Assembly: GCA_963676395.1 (NCBI GenBank) | Contig: OY781066.1 | Location: 1,792,001-1,856,000 of the forward strand | Origin: a bacterium | Lineage (GTDB): Bacteria; Fidelibacterota; Fidelibacteria; Fidelibacterales; Fidelibacteraceae | Length of the DNA: 64,000 bases | Reading direction: 5' to 3' | In this document: piece after piece, positions 40,479 to 48,881 of the stretch | Layout: each line of letters begins with the position of its first letter | How positions within the stretch are numbered: position 1 is the stretch's first letter | The notes under the pieces: generated by a model | Told to the model about the DNA's origin: nothing | Database searches by the model: none | Seen by the model: the letters and a program-made list of their open reading frames with translations, nothing else | Position numbers and translations under genes: made by a program

Positions 40479-40486
40479 CCAGTAAT

Positions 40487-41761
40487 TTAATTTTTTGAAT
40501 ATTCATTAATTAATTTCTCAGCTTCATTTTTTTGATTTGGGTCTTCATATAATTCTTTCGCTTCTCTAAGTTTTTTTATTGCGTCTTGTTTCATCCCATT
40601 TATTGAATAAACCAATGCTAAACTTTTCTTATTTTGAGCACTTGATTTATAATTTTCAATCGTTTCCGCATATTTAACAGCGCGTGAGGAAGGTATTCTG
40701 TAAAAACTTGTAAATTCTATATAAAAATAATAATGCCAGAAATCATCCATGAAATTTTCCGGTTTCGAATACTCATCCATCCATTTGTTGAAAACTTCAA
40801 TCCCTTGTTTCATGTCTCCATGTCTTGCACAACGATGGGCTTTTAAATAAGGGGTCCAGTGGTCTGCATAGTTTCCCCCGTAATTGCTATATAGGGTAGT
40901 TAAACTGTCTGCTTTTTCAAAGTCTTTATTTTGCTTATACAAAAATTCTGCGTAATCTCTTACGTATCCCAAATGATGATTAAAATTCCCTTTTACAAGA
41001 GCATTTAAGTAATAGTTTACACTATCCATATTGTTGTTATCTCTATAGAAGAAATACAGTTCACTAAATCCCCATTCTTTAAATTGTTTGCTTATCCTTT
41101 CTTTCTTTACAAAGTTTATCATCTCAAGAGGTGATGGTTGTGGTTTTTTTCTTATCATAGAATATGCATGGTATAATTGGGCTTCTGTTTTCAGTTCCTC
41201 ATTATTACTGTGTCTTTCTGCATAGTCGGTAAATTCAATTGTCTTTAAATAAAGGTTTCGAGAAAGCATTTTATCCAGAGCAATCGTTCTAAATAATTCC
41301 AAACTGTCTGGATTTTGATAATATTTCTGTTCAAGAATGATTAAATTTTCTTTTCCTGAAATTATTTTTTTTATTGCATCAATAAACTCATTGGAGTTAT
41401 TTGCTTTTAATCCAACGATTCGGTCAATTTCATCACCATTGAGGTCAGTTATAATAAAGGTTGGATAGCCTGTAATTTTATATTTTTTTACAATTTCTTT
41501 ATTCTCTTCGATCTCTGCATTGATTTTTGTAGATAGAAAATTTCCTGAAATGTAATCTATGAATATACTATCAGTGACTATCTCTTTTTCAAACAATTTA
41601 CAAGGTCCACACCAATTTGTATAAAAATCGATGAATACCATTTTGTTTTCATTCTTGGCATTTTTAAAAACGCTTTTGTAGTCATTGTCAAAATAGGAAG
41701 TAGGCTCTTGTGTACAACCCCAAATTAGCGACAGAATTAGCAACGTGAATATGGTTTTCAT
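40487..41761 (-). CDS. Thioredoxin-family lipoprotein with helical/TPR-like C-terminus (cassette)
   Basis: Lipobox IWGC, DFYTNWCGPCK, GYPTF. Confidence 0.8.
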   Translation of the reverse strand: MKTIFTLLILSLIWGCTQEPTSYFDNDYKSVFKNAKNENKMVFIDFYTNWCGPCKLFEKEIVTDSIFIDYISGNFLSTKINAEIEENKEIVKKYKITGYPTFIITDLNGDEIDRIVGLKANNSNEFIDAIKKIISGKENLIILEQKYYQNPDSLELFRTIALDKMLSRNLYLKTIEFTDYAERHSNNEELKTEAQLYHAYSMIRKKPQPSPLEMINFVKKERISKQFKEWGFSELYFFYRDNNNMDSVNYYLNALVKGNFNHHLGYVRDYAEFLYKQNKDFEKADSLTTLYSNYGGNYADHWTPYLKAHRCARHGDMKQGIEVFNKWMDEYSKPENFMDDFWHYYFYIEFTSFYRIPSSRAVKYAETIENYKSSAQNKKSLALVYSINGMKQDAIKKLREAKELYEDPNQKNEAEKLINEYSKN

Positions 41762-41779
41762 AGTTGTCCTTATTATTGG

Positions 41780-41910
41780 CTACAACGGCAAATTGTATGA
41801 GTAGTGGCAGATTGCGTGGTAGTTTCCTGTCAAACCGGTACGCCGTTTGAGCGGGCTACAACCCTTGAATTTACTACTGACTCGGCTATTATTTTTATAC
41901 ATTGTTGGCG
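41780..41910 (-). other. attC-like site 3
   Basis: ctacAAC..tgtatga...ttataca..GTTggcg; its right half is nearly identical to site 5. Confidence 0.8.
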
Positions 41911-41914
41911 GTAG

Positions 41915-43306
41915 TTATTCATATTCAATGTATTCTTTTGCATATTCAATCCAGTCCTCTACAAATTTATCCATATATATATCAGGTTGAATTCCAATAT
42001 TATCTAAAGGATATTCTGGCAAACGCATCATTCGAACCGTGGGCATATATAATTTATAATTTGAACAATCAAATTCAAATTCTCTAACTGAGACATAATC
42101 AATAGCTCCATAGGTTGGAGTACCTAATATTTTAACTTTTTTACTCTGCTTGGCAATTAAAACTAATTTTTCAGTCGAACTCGCACAACGTCCATCAACT
42201 AATATAGCAACTCTTTGTGGAAAACTGAATATTGAGTCTCTTTCTGTGAAACCAAAATTTGATTCTGCATTGTAGGGTATAAACTGTCCTATTTTGCCCT
42301 CCATACGTTTTAAATCACTTTTAACATCTTCAATTTCTTCGGAGTATTTTTCTTTATCTGCGGTATTGCACCAATTTTCAAGTTCGCTAATTAATGTCTG
42401 GGTAACAAGGTATTCTGCACCTAAATGTCTCACGGGATTTGAATAAATATATGGTAGTATTGGACGAAAACAATAATCTGTTCCACCACCATTTCCTCGA
42501 ACATCAATGATAAGATTTTTATGGGAAACAATTAGGGCATGATTTTTTTCGATAAGTTTAGTAACCTTTTTAACATTCGAATAATCAAAGCTTGAAAGTC
42601 TGAGCAATAAAGTTTGTTCGCTTAATTTGTCAAGATAAAACCCTAAAGCTCTTTGAACAATACTATCTGTATTGGTATTATAGCTTTCAGGAAAATCTTT
42701 GATAAAGGTCATTCCTAAATCTAAAAATTTAATCGCAACATTATCAACTATTTGAACAGAATCAAATGATAAAATATGATTCCGATTATAAATAACAGCT
42801 TGTCGGTTAGGATATATTTTGAACTTTACCTCGCCTTCGTTCCAATTGTCATATTCGCAATCGAATATAAGAGCATGGTAAATAGTGTCGATTTTTAGTA
42901 TTCCAACTTTATACTTACCAGATGTCCAAATTCCAGCTAACTTATCTTCGGATATTATTACTTGTTTCTTATAATCAGTAAATTTCATTTTTATCGTCTC
43001 AATAACCTGCAATTCATCATTGTCTACCTGATTTGATGAAATCTGCAAATGACCATCCTTAAAGTATTTAACGTATTCTTGTAGTATTTCAAAACAATCT
43101 CCTTCTTTGGTATTTTCAGCCCTTTTGATAAGATTGTTCTTGAAGTTTTTATACAACACCGAATCTTCTACTTTGTCTATAAATCCAGGATATTCATTTT
43201 CAACTTTGTTACTTAGATTGATAATTGACGTTTTGCACTCACAGTCGGATTGACCATAAATTTGGTGTGCGAAAAATAACAGTATTATAAATATTTTTAT
43301 TTTCAT
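41915..43306 (-). CDS. S41-family peptidase, exported (cassette)
   Basis: Signal peptide, FKDGHL, IIDVRGNGGG, CASSTE, GTPTYG, GIQPD. Confidence 0.88.
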   Translation of the reverse strand: MKIKIFIILLFFAHQIYGQSDCECKTSIINLSNKVENEYPGFIDKVEDSVLYKNFKNNLIKRAENTKEGDCFEILQEYVKYFKDGHLQISSNQVDNDELQVIETIKMKFTDYKKQVIISEDKLAGIWTSGKYKVGILKIDTIYHALIFDCEYDNWNEGEVKFKIYPNRQAVIYNRNHILSFDSVQIVDNVAIKFLDLGMTFIKDFPESYNTNTDSIVQRALGFYLDKLSEQTLLLRLSSFDYSNVKKVTKLIEKNHALIVSHKNLIIDVRGNGGGTDYCFRPILPYIYSNPVRHLGAEYLVTQTLISELENWCNTADKEKYSEEIEDVKSDLKRMEGKIGQFIPYNAESNFGFTERDSIFSFPQRVAILVDGRCASSTEKLVLIAKQSKKVKILGTPTYGAIDYVSVREFEFDCSNYKLYMPTVRMMRLPEYPLDNIGIQPDIYMDKFVEDWIEYAKEYIEYE

Positions 43307-43352
43307 AAATCAACATGTTTTATTTGTGTAGCTCAGTTCTCTTTTTAATTAC

Positions 43353-43482
43353 TGCCAACGGTAAGTATATGAAAAGTTGCCGATTTCGATGCTCAGATTT
43401 TTCAAGTTACAATGAAGCTGAAATGAGCTACAAAGCTTAATTTTACTAATGTTTCGGCAATTATTTATATATATTGTTGGCG
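43353..43482 (-). other. attC-like site 4
   Basis: tgccAAC..tatatgaaaagttgccga...tcggcaattatttatata..GTTggcg. Confidence 0.8.
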
Positions 43483-43505
43483 GTAGTTAATTTCATTTTC
43501 ATCAA

Positions 43506-44903
43506 TTAATTGTTTTGATTTATTAAAAAGCTGAGAGCAGTTTCAAGTGCTGTGTCTCTTCCTTTACGAAAATCCTCTATGGTAAGATGTGATTCTATAT
43601 CTGGCTTAATCCCGCTCCCTACAAACTCGCGACCATCTGGGTATGTATCTTTTTTTGAACATATTGACAATACACCACCATAAGGGAGATTCCATCTGAT
43701 TGGATTGCCAGTACTGCCAGCTGTCACTTCTCCAATTAGTGTAATGTGCTCTTGATTGTCGCAGAATACAAGAAAATCTTCGGCTGCAGAGTAGGTTTGA
43801 TGCCCGATAAGAATAACCGTTGGAATTACGAGACGTTCCCGATTGGAATCAAAAGTGAAATTAGTTTCTCCTCCTTTTTCGAAATACTTATGGTTTGCGA
43901 TTTCGTACTGTATTTTATTTTCAACATTTCTAATTGTGTCTTTCGGATTAATATTCTGTCCCCATGACATAAGAGCTGGATTATGTACTCGTGTGTACCA
44001 AGTCGAGCCAACAAGGTCATCTTCTGGGGTCAACCAACTTAGAATTTTCGCTGCATAACTGGAACTTCCACCATGATTGTTGCGAATATCTATTATCAAC
44101 CGTTTCGCACGTTTTTTAAGATCGGGGAAAATAGCCTCGAAGTCATCAACAGTCTGTTTATTGTTAAATGAATTGATAACAACATAGGCAATATCATTAC
44201 GATACCATTTAAGCTCTACAAATTTCCACTCTTTATCGGCTGGAACCAAAGGATCATTCTTAATTTCGGGCAGAACATCGTGAACCGCATGTGTTCTAAC
44301 CTCCTTTCCGTTGGGCGTAAGAAAAGCAATATCATAAGGGTCATATCTCAACGAAGTAAAAATTCTACTTATTGCCTCATCAAGCAAATGATGTTTAGTT
44401 GATGAACTTATGAAAGGCTCTACCTTTTCTTCAATATACTCAGCAGTCGGTATACCGTTTACTTCCACAATTTCACTACCGACAGGAATCCAATCGCTTT
44501 GTTTGCTGCTTATTTGGGATACTATAGCTCGTCCCTCAACAGGTTTAACAATAATCTGAAACTTGTCGAAAAAGGTTGTAACGGATGGATTGTATTTGTA
44601 ATAGACATATGAGTGCCCATCTTTTAACATTGCACAGTAACGGCTTAATATGCGATAGCATTCGTTATCACTTTTTGATTCCATAACTGGTTTTATCAAT
44701 GCAAGATATGTGCTATCCCATGCTTGCTCACCTATATTGTTAAAAAAAGCCTCATTATACTTAGCCTCTGACCATACTTTCGATAGTGCATACAATTTAT
44801 CTTCGGGTGTCATATAGGTGTTGATGCCATGAGTGATACGCTGTTGTGCGTTAGACGCCATTATTGACACGAAAATGAATACAGTAAATAGTAATATCTT
44901 CAT
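43506..44903 (-). CDS. S41-family peptidase with PDZ-like domain, exported (cassette)
   Basis: LKDGHS, IIDIRNNHGG, TYSAAEDF, GEVTAGSTG, GIKPD. Confidence 0.88.
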   Translation of the reverse strand: MKILLFTVFIFVSIMASNAQQRITHGINTYMTPEDKLYALSKVWSEAKYNEAFFNNIGEQAWDSTYLALIKPVMESKSDNECYRILSRYCAMLKDGHSYVYYKYNPSVTTFFDKFQIIVKPVEGRAIVSQISSKQSDWIPVGSEIVEVNGIPTAEYIEEKVEPFISSSTKHHLLDEAISRIFTSLRYDPYDIAFLTPNGKEVRTHAVHDVLPEIKNDPLVPADKEWKFVELKWYRNDIAYVVINSFNNKQTVDDFEAIFPDLKKRAKRLIIDIRNNHGGSSSYAAKILSWLTPEDDLVGSTWYTRVHNPALMSWGQNINPKDTIRNVENKIQYEIANHKYFEKGGETNFTFDSNRERLVIPTVILIGHQTYSAAEDFLVFCDNQEHITLIGEVTAGSTGNPIRWNLPYGGVLSICSKKDTYPDGREFVGSGIKPDIESHLTIEDFRKGRDTALETALSFLINQNN

Positions 44904-44973
44904 TATAATATATCCTATAAGTTACAAGTCTATTATTAATTGAAATATCATAAGTTTTGCGATTCTTAATTAC

Positions 44974-45103
44974 CGCCAACGACAAGTATATGCAAAGTAG
45001 GCAATTGCGGGCTTTAAACTTATCAAACCGTTACGATTTTGAAGCGGGCTACAACCCTTGAATTTACGACTGAATCGGCTATTATTTTTATACATTGTTA
45101 GGC
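44974..45103 (-). other. attC-like site 5
   Basis: cgccAAC..gtatatgc...tatac..GTTaggc; shares gcgggctacaacccttgaatttac.actga.tcggctattatttttatacattgtt with site 3. Confidence 0.8.
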
Positions 45104-45114
45104 ACTGGCATTAA

Positions 45115-46428
45115 TTATAAATCCTTTGAATTCCATCCTAATTTATCAATTTGGTCAGAATAGTTCTCAAGTAAAAATTCCTGAACTTCATATTGATAAT
45201 CAAAATCAGATTGAGACTTTAACCATTCTAATGGCATTTCACCATTTAAAGCTTTAACAATTTCTTCCTCTAAATATTCAACAAGGTCATCAAGTGAATC
45301 GATACAAAAAGGCGTATCATGAGTTTCATCCGTCCCATCTAAAGTACCTTCTTCAAAGTTCCATTCTAAATTACTTATCGCTCCTTCTAATGCTTCTTGT
45401 GGAATATCTCTAATTGGGTCATAATAATCTTCTGCAATTTGATTAACAAATACTTCTAATTGTTCAAATAACTGTTCGTTTCTCAATTCCTCAATATCTA
45501 AAGCGTTCCTCAATTTAATTTTAAATGGTTCTGAGATGAAAAGAAATATAGTCCTGATAAAAACCGATGAGTTTTGTAATTGTTTTTCAATGTTTTGAAT
45601 AACAACATTCATTTCATTAGTTGATTGGTCATCATCTAGAATTACTATTACAGCTTTTGTATTCTTATGGTCTCCATAAATATTTAATAATGAAGGTAAT
45701 TGTCTAATATTATTTGCCCCATTTAAAGTTTCAATTCTATATGATAAAGAATATCTGTGTTTTATAGGCTCAATAAAGTTTTTAATTATTGGTATATCAG
45801 TTCTTCCTTCCACAAAAACTAATAAGTCATCAATCTTAACAGTCTTTTTAGATTCAATTCTAGAAAATTCATCGAACTTTAAAATTTCTGTTGGTTCTAA
45901 GTGTGATATTTTCTCTGCTTTTTCTTTTAAATCATATGGAGCTAACAAACTCCCAGTATCTCCAGCTTGTCGGAGCTTGAACTTTAATACATCTAAGAAC
46001 GATATTTCCCCGTTGAAAATTAGTTCAATATCATTTCTGTCGAATAACAATATGTTTAGTGATTTTCCAAATTTCAAGGCATCTTCAACATCTTCACTAT
46101 ATCCATTAACTGAAAGAAAAACACCACTGGTTGTATGAAATTTTCCGTCGAGTTTACCTTTAAATGAATAAATACTAGATGCTGGAAGTGTTTTTGCTAC
46201 CCATTTAGCTTCCAGTAAAAATGTTTGTCCACTCCAAAAAAACGACCCATCTATTTGTTCCCCTTCAGGTTTGTAGCCAGACCTTGGTTCCAAATTTTCA
46301 TTTTGTAATACTGAGTAAATAATTTTCTCAAATTCAAATCCTCTTTCTTGTGGGGTGTATCTCTTGCCCTCCAAAAGTTCTTTGAATTTATTTTTAATCT
46401 TAGTTTTGTTTAAAATCTCTTTTGACAT
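45115..46428 (-). CDS. Mrr-like PD-(D/E)XK restriction endonuclease fused to a TOPRIM-like domain (cassette)
   Basis: N-terminal RGFEFE...EQIDG...LLEAKW; central LLVFVEGRTD...NGANNI...IVILDDD; acidic tail. Confidence 0.75.
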   Translation of the reverse strand: MSKEILNKTKIKNKFKELLEGKRYTPQERGFEFEKIIYSVLQNENLEPRSGYKPEGEQIDGSFFWSGQTFLLEAKWVAKTLPASSIYSFKGKLDGKFHTTSGVFLSVNGYSEDVEDALKFGKSLNILLFDRNDIELIFNGEISFLDVLKFKLRQAGDTGSLLAPYDLKEKAEKISHLEPTEILKFDEFSRIESKKTVKIDDLLVFVEGRTDIPIIKNFIEPIKHRYSLSYRIETLNGANNIRQLPSLLNIYGDHKNTKAVIVILDDDQSTNEMNVVIQNIEKQLQNSSVFIRTIFLFISEPFKIKLRNALDIEELRNEQLFEQLEVFVNQIAEDYYDPIRDIPQEALEGAISNLEWNFEEGTLDGTDETHDTPFCIDSLDDLVEYLEEEIVKALNGEMPLEWLKSQSDFDYQYEVQEFLLENYSDQIDKLGWNSKDL

Positions 46429-46470
46429 TCAATATCTACTTAAGTCGTTTCAAGGTTGCTTCTATTTTTT

Positions 46471-46654
46471 GCTTGTGAAACGTAAGGGATTTGAAAAACT
46501 TTCCTATCAAGTTTGCACGTAGCCAAATTTACGTTTTGACACAAATTTAAAACTTTTAACAAACCCGTCAAATCGCAGATTTGGCGGACTTGATTAAATG
46601 TACAAATGTTCCGTAAACCACTGTCGCCCTTATGTTTTATATACTTTGTTAGCA
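46471..46654 (-). other. attC-like site 6 (long, degenerate at the left end)
   Basis: aaacgtaaggg pairs with cccttatgttt; right end GTTagcaagc is intact, but no AAC box is present at the expected left position. Confidence 0.6.
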
Positions 46655-46664
46655 AGCGTATTTC

Positions 46665-47492
46665 CTATTTTTGATAATATTTATAATCCTTATTCACTAA
46701 TATATAATCACTTATCGGATTGTTTCTCAAATTGCCATTGTTTCTCATAAATCGTGCAAAATTCATAATTGAATGATATTCGATTTCTCGCAATTCCGAA
46801 TGATATTTTGGATGAACTATTTCGTATCTAAATTTATTCCACTTTGGAATTTCATGTCGTCCAATTTTCACTCTATCTCCGAGGCGTTTTGCACTTCCGA
46901 TATATAATTCTCTATTCTTTTCGTCAATCAAGTAGTAAATAACAAACTCTCTATCTTCATGCTTAATAAGGTCAACCGAATCAATCCATGTTGTTGATTT
47001 TGTAATCATTTGATTGTTGTCAACCTTGCTTATCCAACCAAAAACATTTTTATCCACCAAGTCTCTGAAAATATTGTCGTAAGGTGTTTCAATTTTTATA
47101 AAAGTTTCTAATTCAATCAATGTGCCTGAAATTGGTTTAAAAATCAATACTTCTTGATTTCCCCCAAGTAAATTAGTCCTAAAATATTCTCCTTTCAATT
47201 TACTGTCATAGTTTTGACTCTCGATGGCAAAATAAGTTTGTATAAATTCCTTTTTCAGTTCGTTTAGTAAATCAATATTATTATCCCAACGAATCTGATA
47301 TATTGATTTTCCACTTTGATTTTTTCCATGAATCATTCGGGCAGAGTAAGTCATTTTCTTAAAAATCACATCAATCTCAATAGATGAACCTTGCTCAATT
47401 GTTCCACTCTGAAGAAACATTGAAATGTACTCTTTCGGAATCGCAATCCCGTATTTAAAAACTGATTTATCTATCTTTTTGTAATATGCCAT
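46665..47492 (-). CDS. Putative GIY-YIG nuclease with N-terminal DNA-binding domain (cassette)
   Basis: C-terminal VIYYLIDEKNRELYIGSAKRLGDRV...LREIE...LVN pattern. Confidence 0.65.
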   Translation of the reverse strand: MAYYKKIDKSVFKYGIAIPKEYISMFLQSGTIEQGSSIEIDVIFKKMTYSARMIHGKNQSGKSIYQIRWDNNIDLLNELKKEFIQTYFAIESQNYDSKLKGEYFRTNLLGGNQEVLIFKPISGTLIELETFIKIETPYDNIFRDLVDKNVFGWISKVDNNQMITKSTTWIDSVDLIKHEDREFVIYYLIDEKNRELYIGSAKRLGDRVKIGRHEIPKWNKFRYEIVHPKYHSELREIEYHSIMNFARFMRNNGNLRNNPISDYILVNKDYKYYQK

Positions 47493-47522
47493 TTTATTAT
47501 CTGCTCTGTCTTTTTATATGCT

Positions 47523-47643
47523 TGCTAACGGTTGGTACATGTTGTCGGGGTGGATTTCGGAACGAAGGACACGGAACTGCGAAACGAGAATCCGCAGTTG
47601 GCGTACCACCGAACCCCGCCCTGCAATATGTACTGTGTTAGCC
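47523..47643 (-). other. attC-like site 7
   Basis: tgctAAC..gtacatgttgtcggggtgg...ccgccctgcaatatgtac..GTTagcc. Confidence 0.8.
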
Positions 47644-47651
47644 ATAGTTTT

Positions 47652-48740
47652 TTATTTTATATTTTCTGCTGATTCCCAAATTGCAATGAAATTTTCGAGC
47701 ATTGTTTTTCCTTGGCTTGTATAAATGTTTGTTATTGTAAATGATGATTTTGTGAGTCTAACAGTTCTTCCTTGACAATCAAATCGAATTGGCGTAAATA
47801 ACACGGCATCATCAATAATAATTATTTCAAAAGTTCTTTGTGTCATATACTTTTTTAGGTGCAAGTTCGGCTCGATACTATTTCTCTCTAGAGTTGTAAT
47901 TGCATTATTCAAACAATTATTTAATTGATTGATAAAATCTTCATCTTGGTGAGCACAATCCAGGATAAACTTTGGCGAGTCAGGATTTAGAAACAAACAT
48001 TTAAAATCAAATCCATTACTAATTTTCTCTTTTAAGGATTCATAAAACCACCAGTGGTCTTTGTCAAAAACTTTTCTATTTTTTCTTCCAAAGATGTATA
48101 ATCTTTCTGAGGCATTATTGAATACTGCTTCATAAACTGCATGACTTTCAAAACCTTCTTTAAAATTTACTGTTCGACCTATCTCTGGTTTAGGTAATCC
48201 TCCTTTTTGTAATATGTCTATGAACTTTGGAAGAACTTTTGAAGTATTTGTTAGTCGTATACATTTAAAATTTTTATCAAGTGTGGTTTTGAAATTATCC
48301 CATTTTTCTTCAAACTCTTCAATTAATAATTCCTTCTCTTTTTTATATTCGTCAAGTAACTCATTTAGCGAAAGGATTAAATTAAGCATATCCTCCTTCT
48401 CAAGTGAAGTTGCTTGGAATTGAGCAAGTGGTCCTGTTAAGTCTCTTTTTTCCATGCCTATTAAGATTGGACATACTCGTGATTCTTCCATTACCTTTGA
48501 AATAGCCCCCGATTCAAATAGTAACCATTGTGAATCTTGATTTTCTGGAGTTATACAGATTACTCCAATCATATCATTTGATAATCTATTACCAATTTCT
48601 TGGCTCCAGCGTTGCCCTTTTTGTATCTCAATTGATGACATCCATGGTTTTAGTGGATGCAAGAGTCTTTTTGTAAAATCGTAGAATGATTCTGCAAATA
48701 TTTTACTCCTTTCTCCTGACCAGCTAATGAATATTTCCAT
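47652..48740 (-). CDS. TIR-domain protein with C-terminal PLD-like (DUF5919-like) domain (first cassette)
   Basis: IFISWSGERS...WMS..EIQKGQRW...CITPEN..SQWLLFESGA (TIR catalytic Glu); C-terminal A.ERLYIFG...KCLFLNPDS...IIIIDD...F..IWESA. Confidence 0.8.
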   Translation of the reverse strand: MEIFISWSGERSKIFAESFYDFTKRLLHPLKPWMSSIEIQKGQRWSQEIGNRLSNDMIGVICITPENQDSQWLLFESGAISKVMEESRVCPILIGMEKRDLTGPLAQFQATSLEKEDMLNLILSLNELLDEYKKEKELLIEEFEEKWDNFKTTLDKNFKCIRLTNTSKVLPKFIDILQKGGLPKPEIGRTVNFKEGFESHAVYEAVFNNASERLYIFGRKNRKVFDKDHWWFYESLKEKISNGFDFKCLFLNPDSPKFILDCAHQDEDFINQLNNCLNNAITTLERNSIEPNLHLKKYMTQRTFEIIIIDDAVLFTPIRFDCQGRTVRLTKSSFTITNIYTSQGKTMLENFIAIWESAENIK

Positions 48741-48852
48741 ATGTTTAGTTTTTTCGCTTTTATGTTTTAAATGTTTTTCCCGGAAATTTGGTAATCGTTT
48801 TACTTGCTATCTAAATGAATATTGTCACAATCATATTTATCTAAGTTGCATA

Positions 48853-48881
48853 AAATTAAGGTAGGATAATCGCAATTCCAA
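48853..48881 (-). promoter_or_regulatory. Candidate array promoter (Pc-like)
   Basis: Minus strand reads TTGGAA-17 bp-TAATTT, about 110 bp upstream of the TIR start and pointing into the array. Confidence 0.45.

Larger units (their letters stand above)
39765..48881 (-). mobile_element. Integron-like gene-cassette array lacking an adjacent integrase (CALIN-like): 7 cassettes, 7 attC-like sites
   Basis: Seven co-oriented, unrelated, AT-rich ORFs, each followed within about 30 bp of its stop by an imperfect palindrome bounded by ...AAC and GTT... Confidence 0.85.

Noticed and set aside
46440..46655. 71-aa ORF, and likewise the 68-aa ORF at 47518..47724
   Set aside because: Both lie across attC-like palindromes and show no protein motifs; likely spurious.
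39765..47643. Intergenic palindromes as simple rho-independent terminators
   Set aside because: They are too long, lack T-tails, and have conserved AAC/GTT ends that match cassette-wise.
45115..48740. A named multi-gene defence system (Thoeris, Gabija, CBASS)
   Set aside because: No ThsA/SIR2-Macro, UvrD helicase, ABC ATPase or CD-NTase partner is present, and the genes are separated by attC-like sites.
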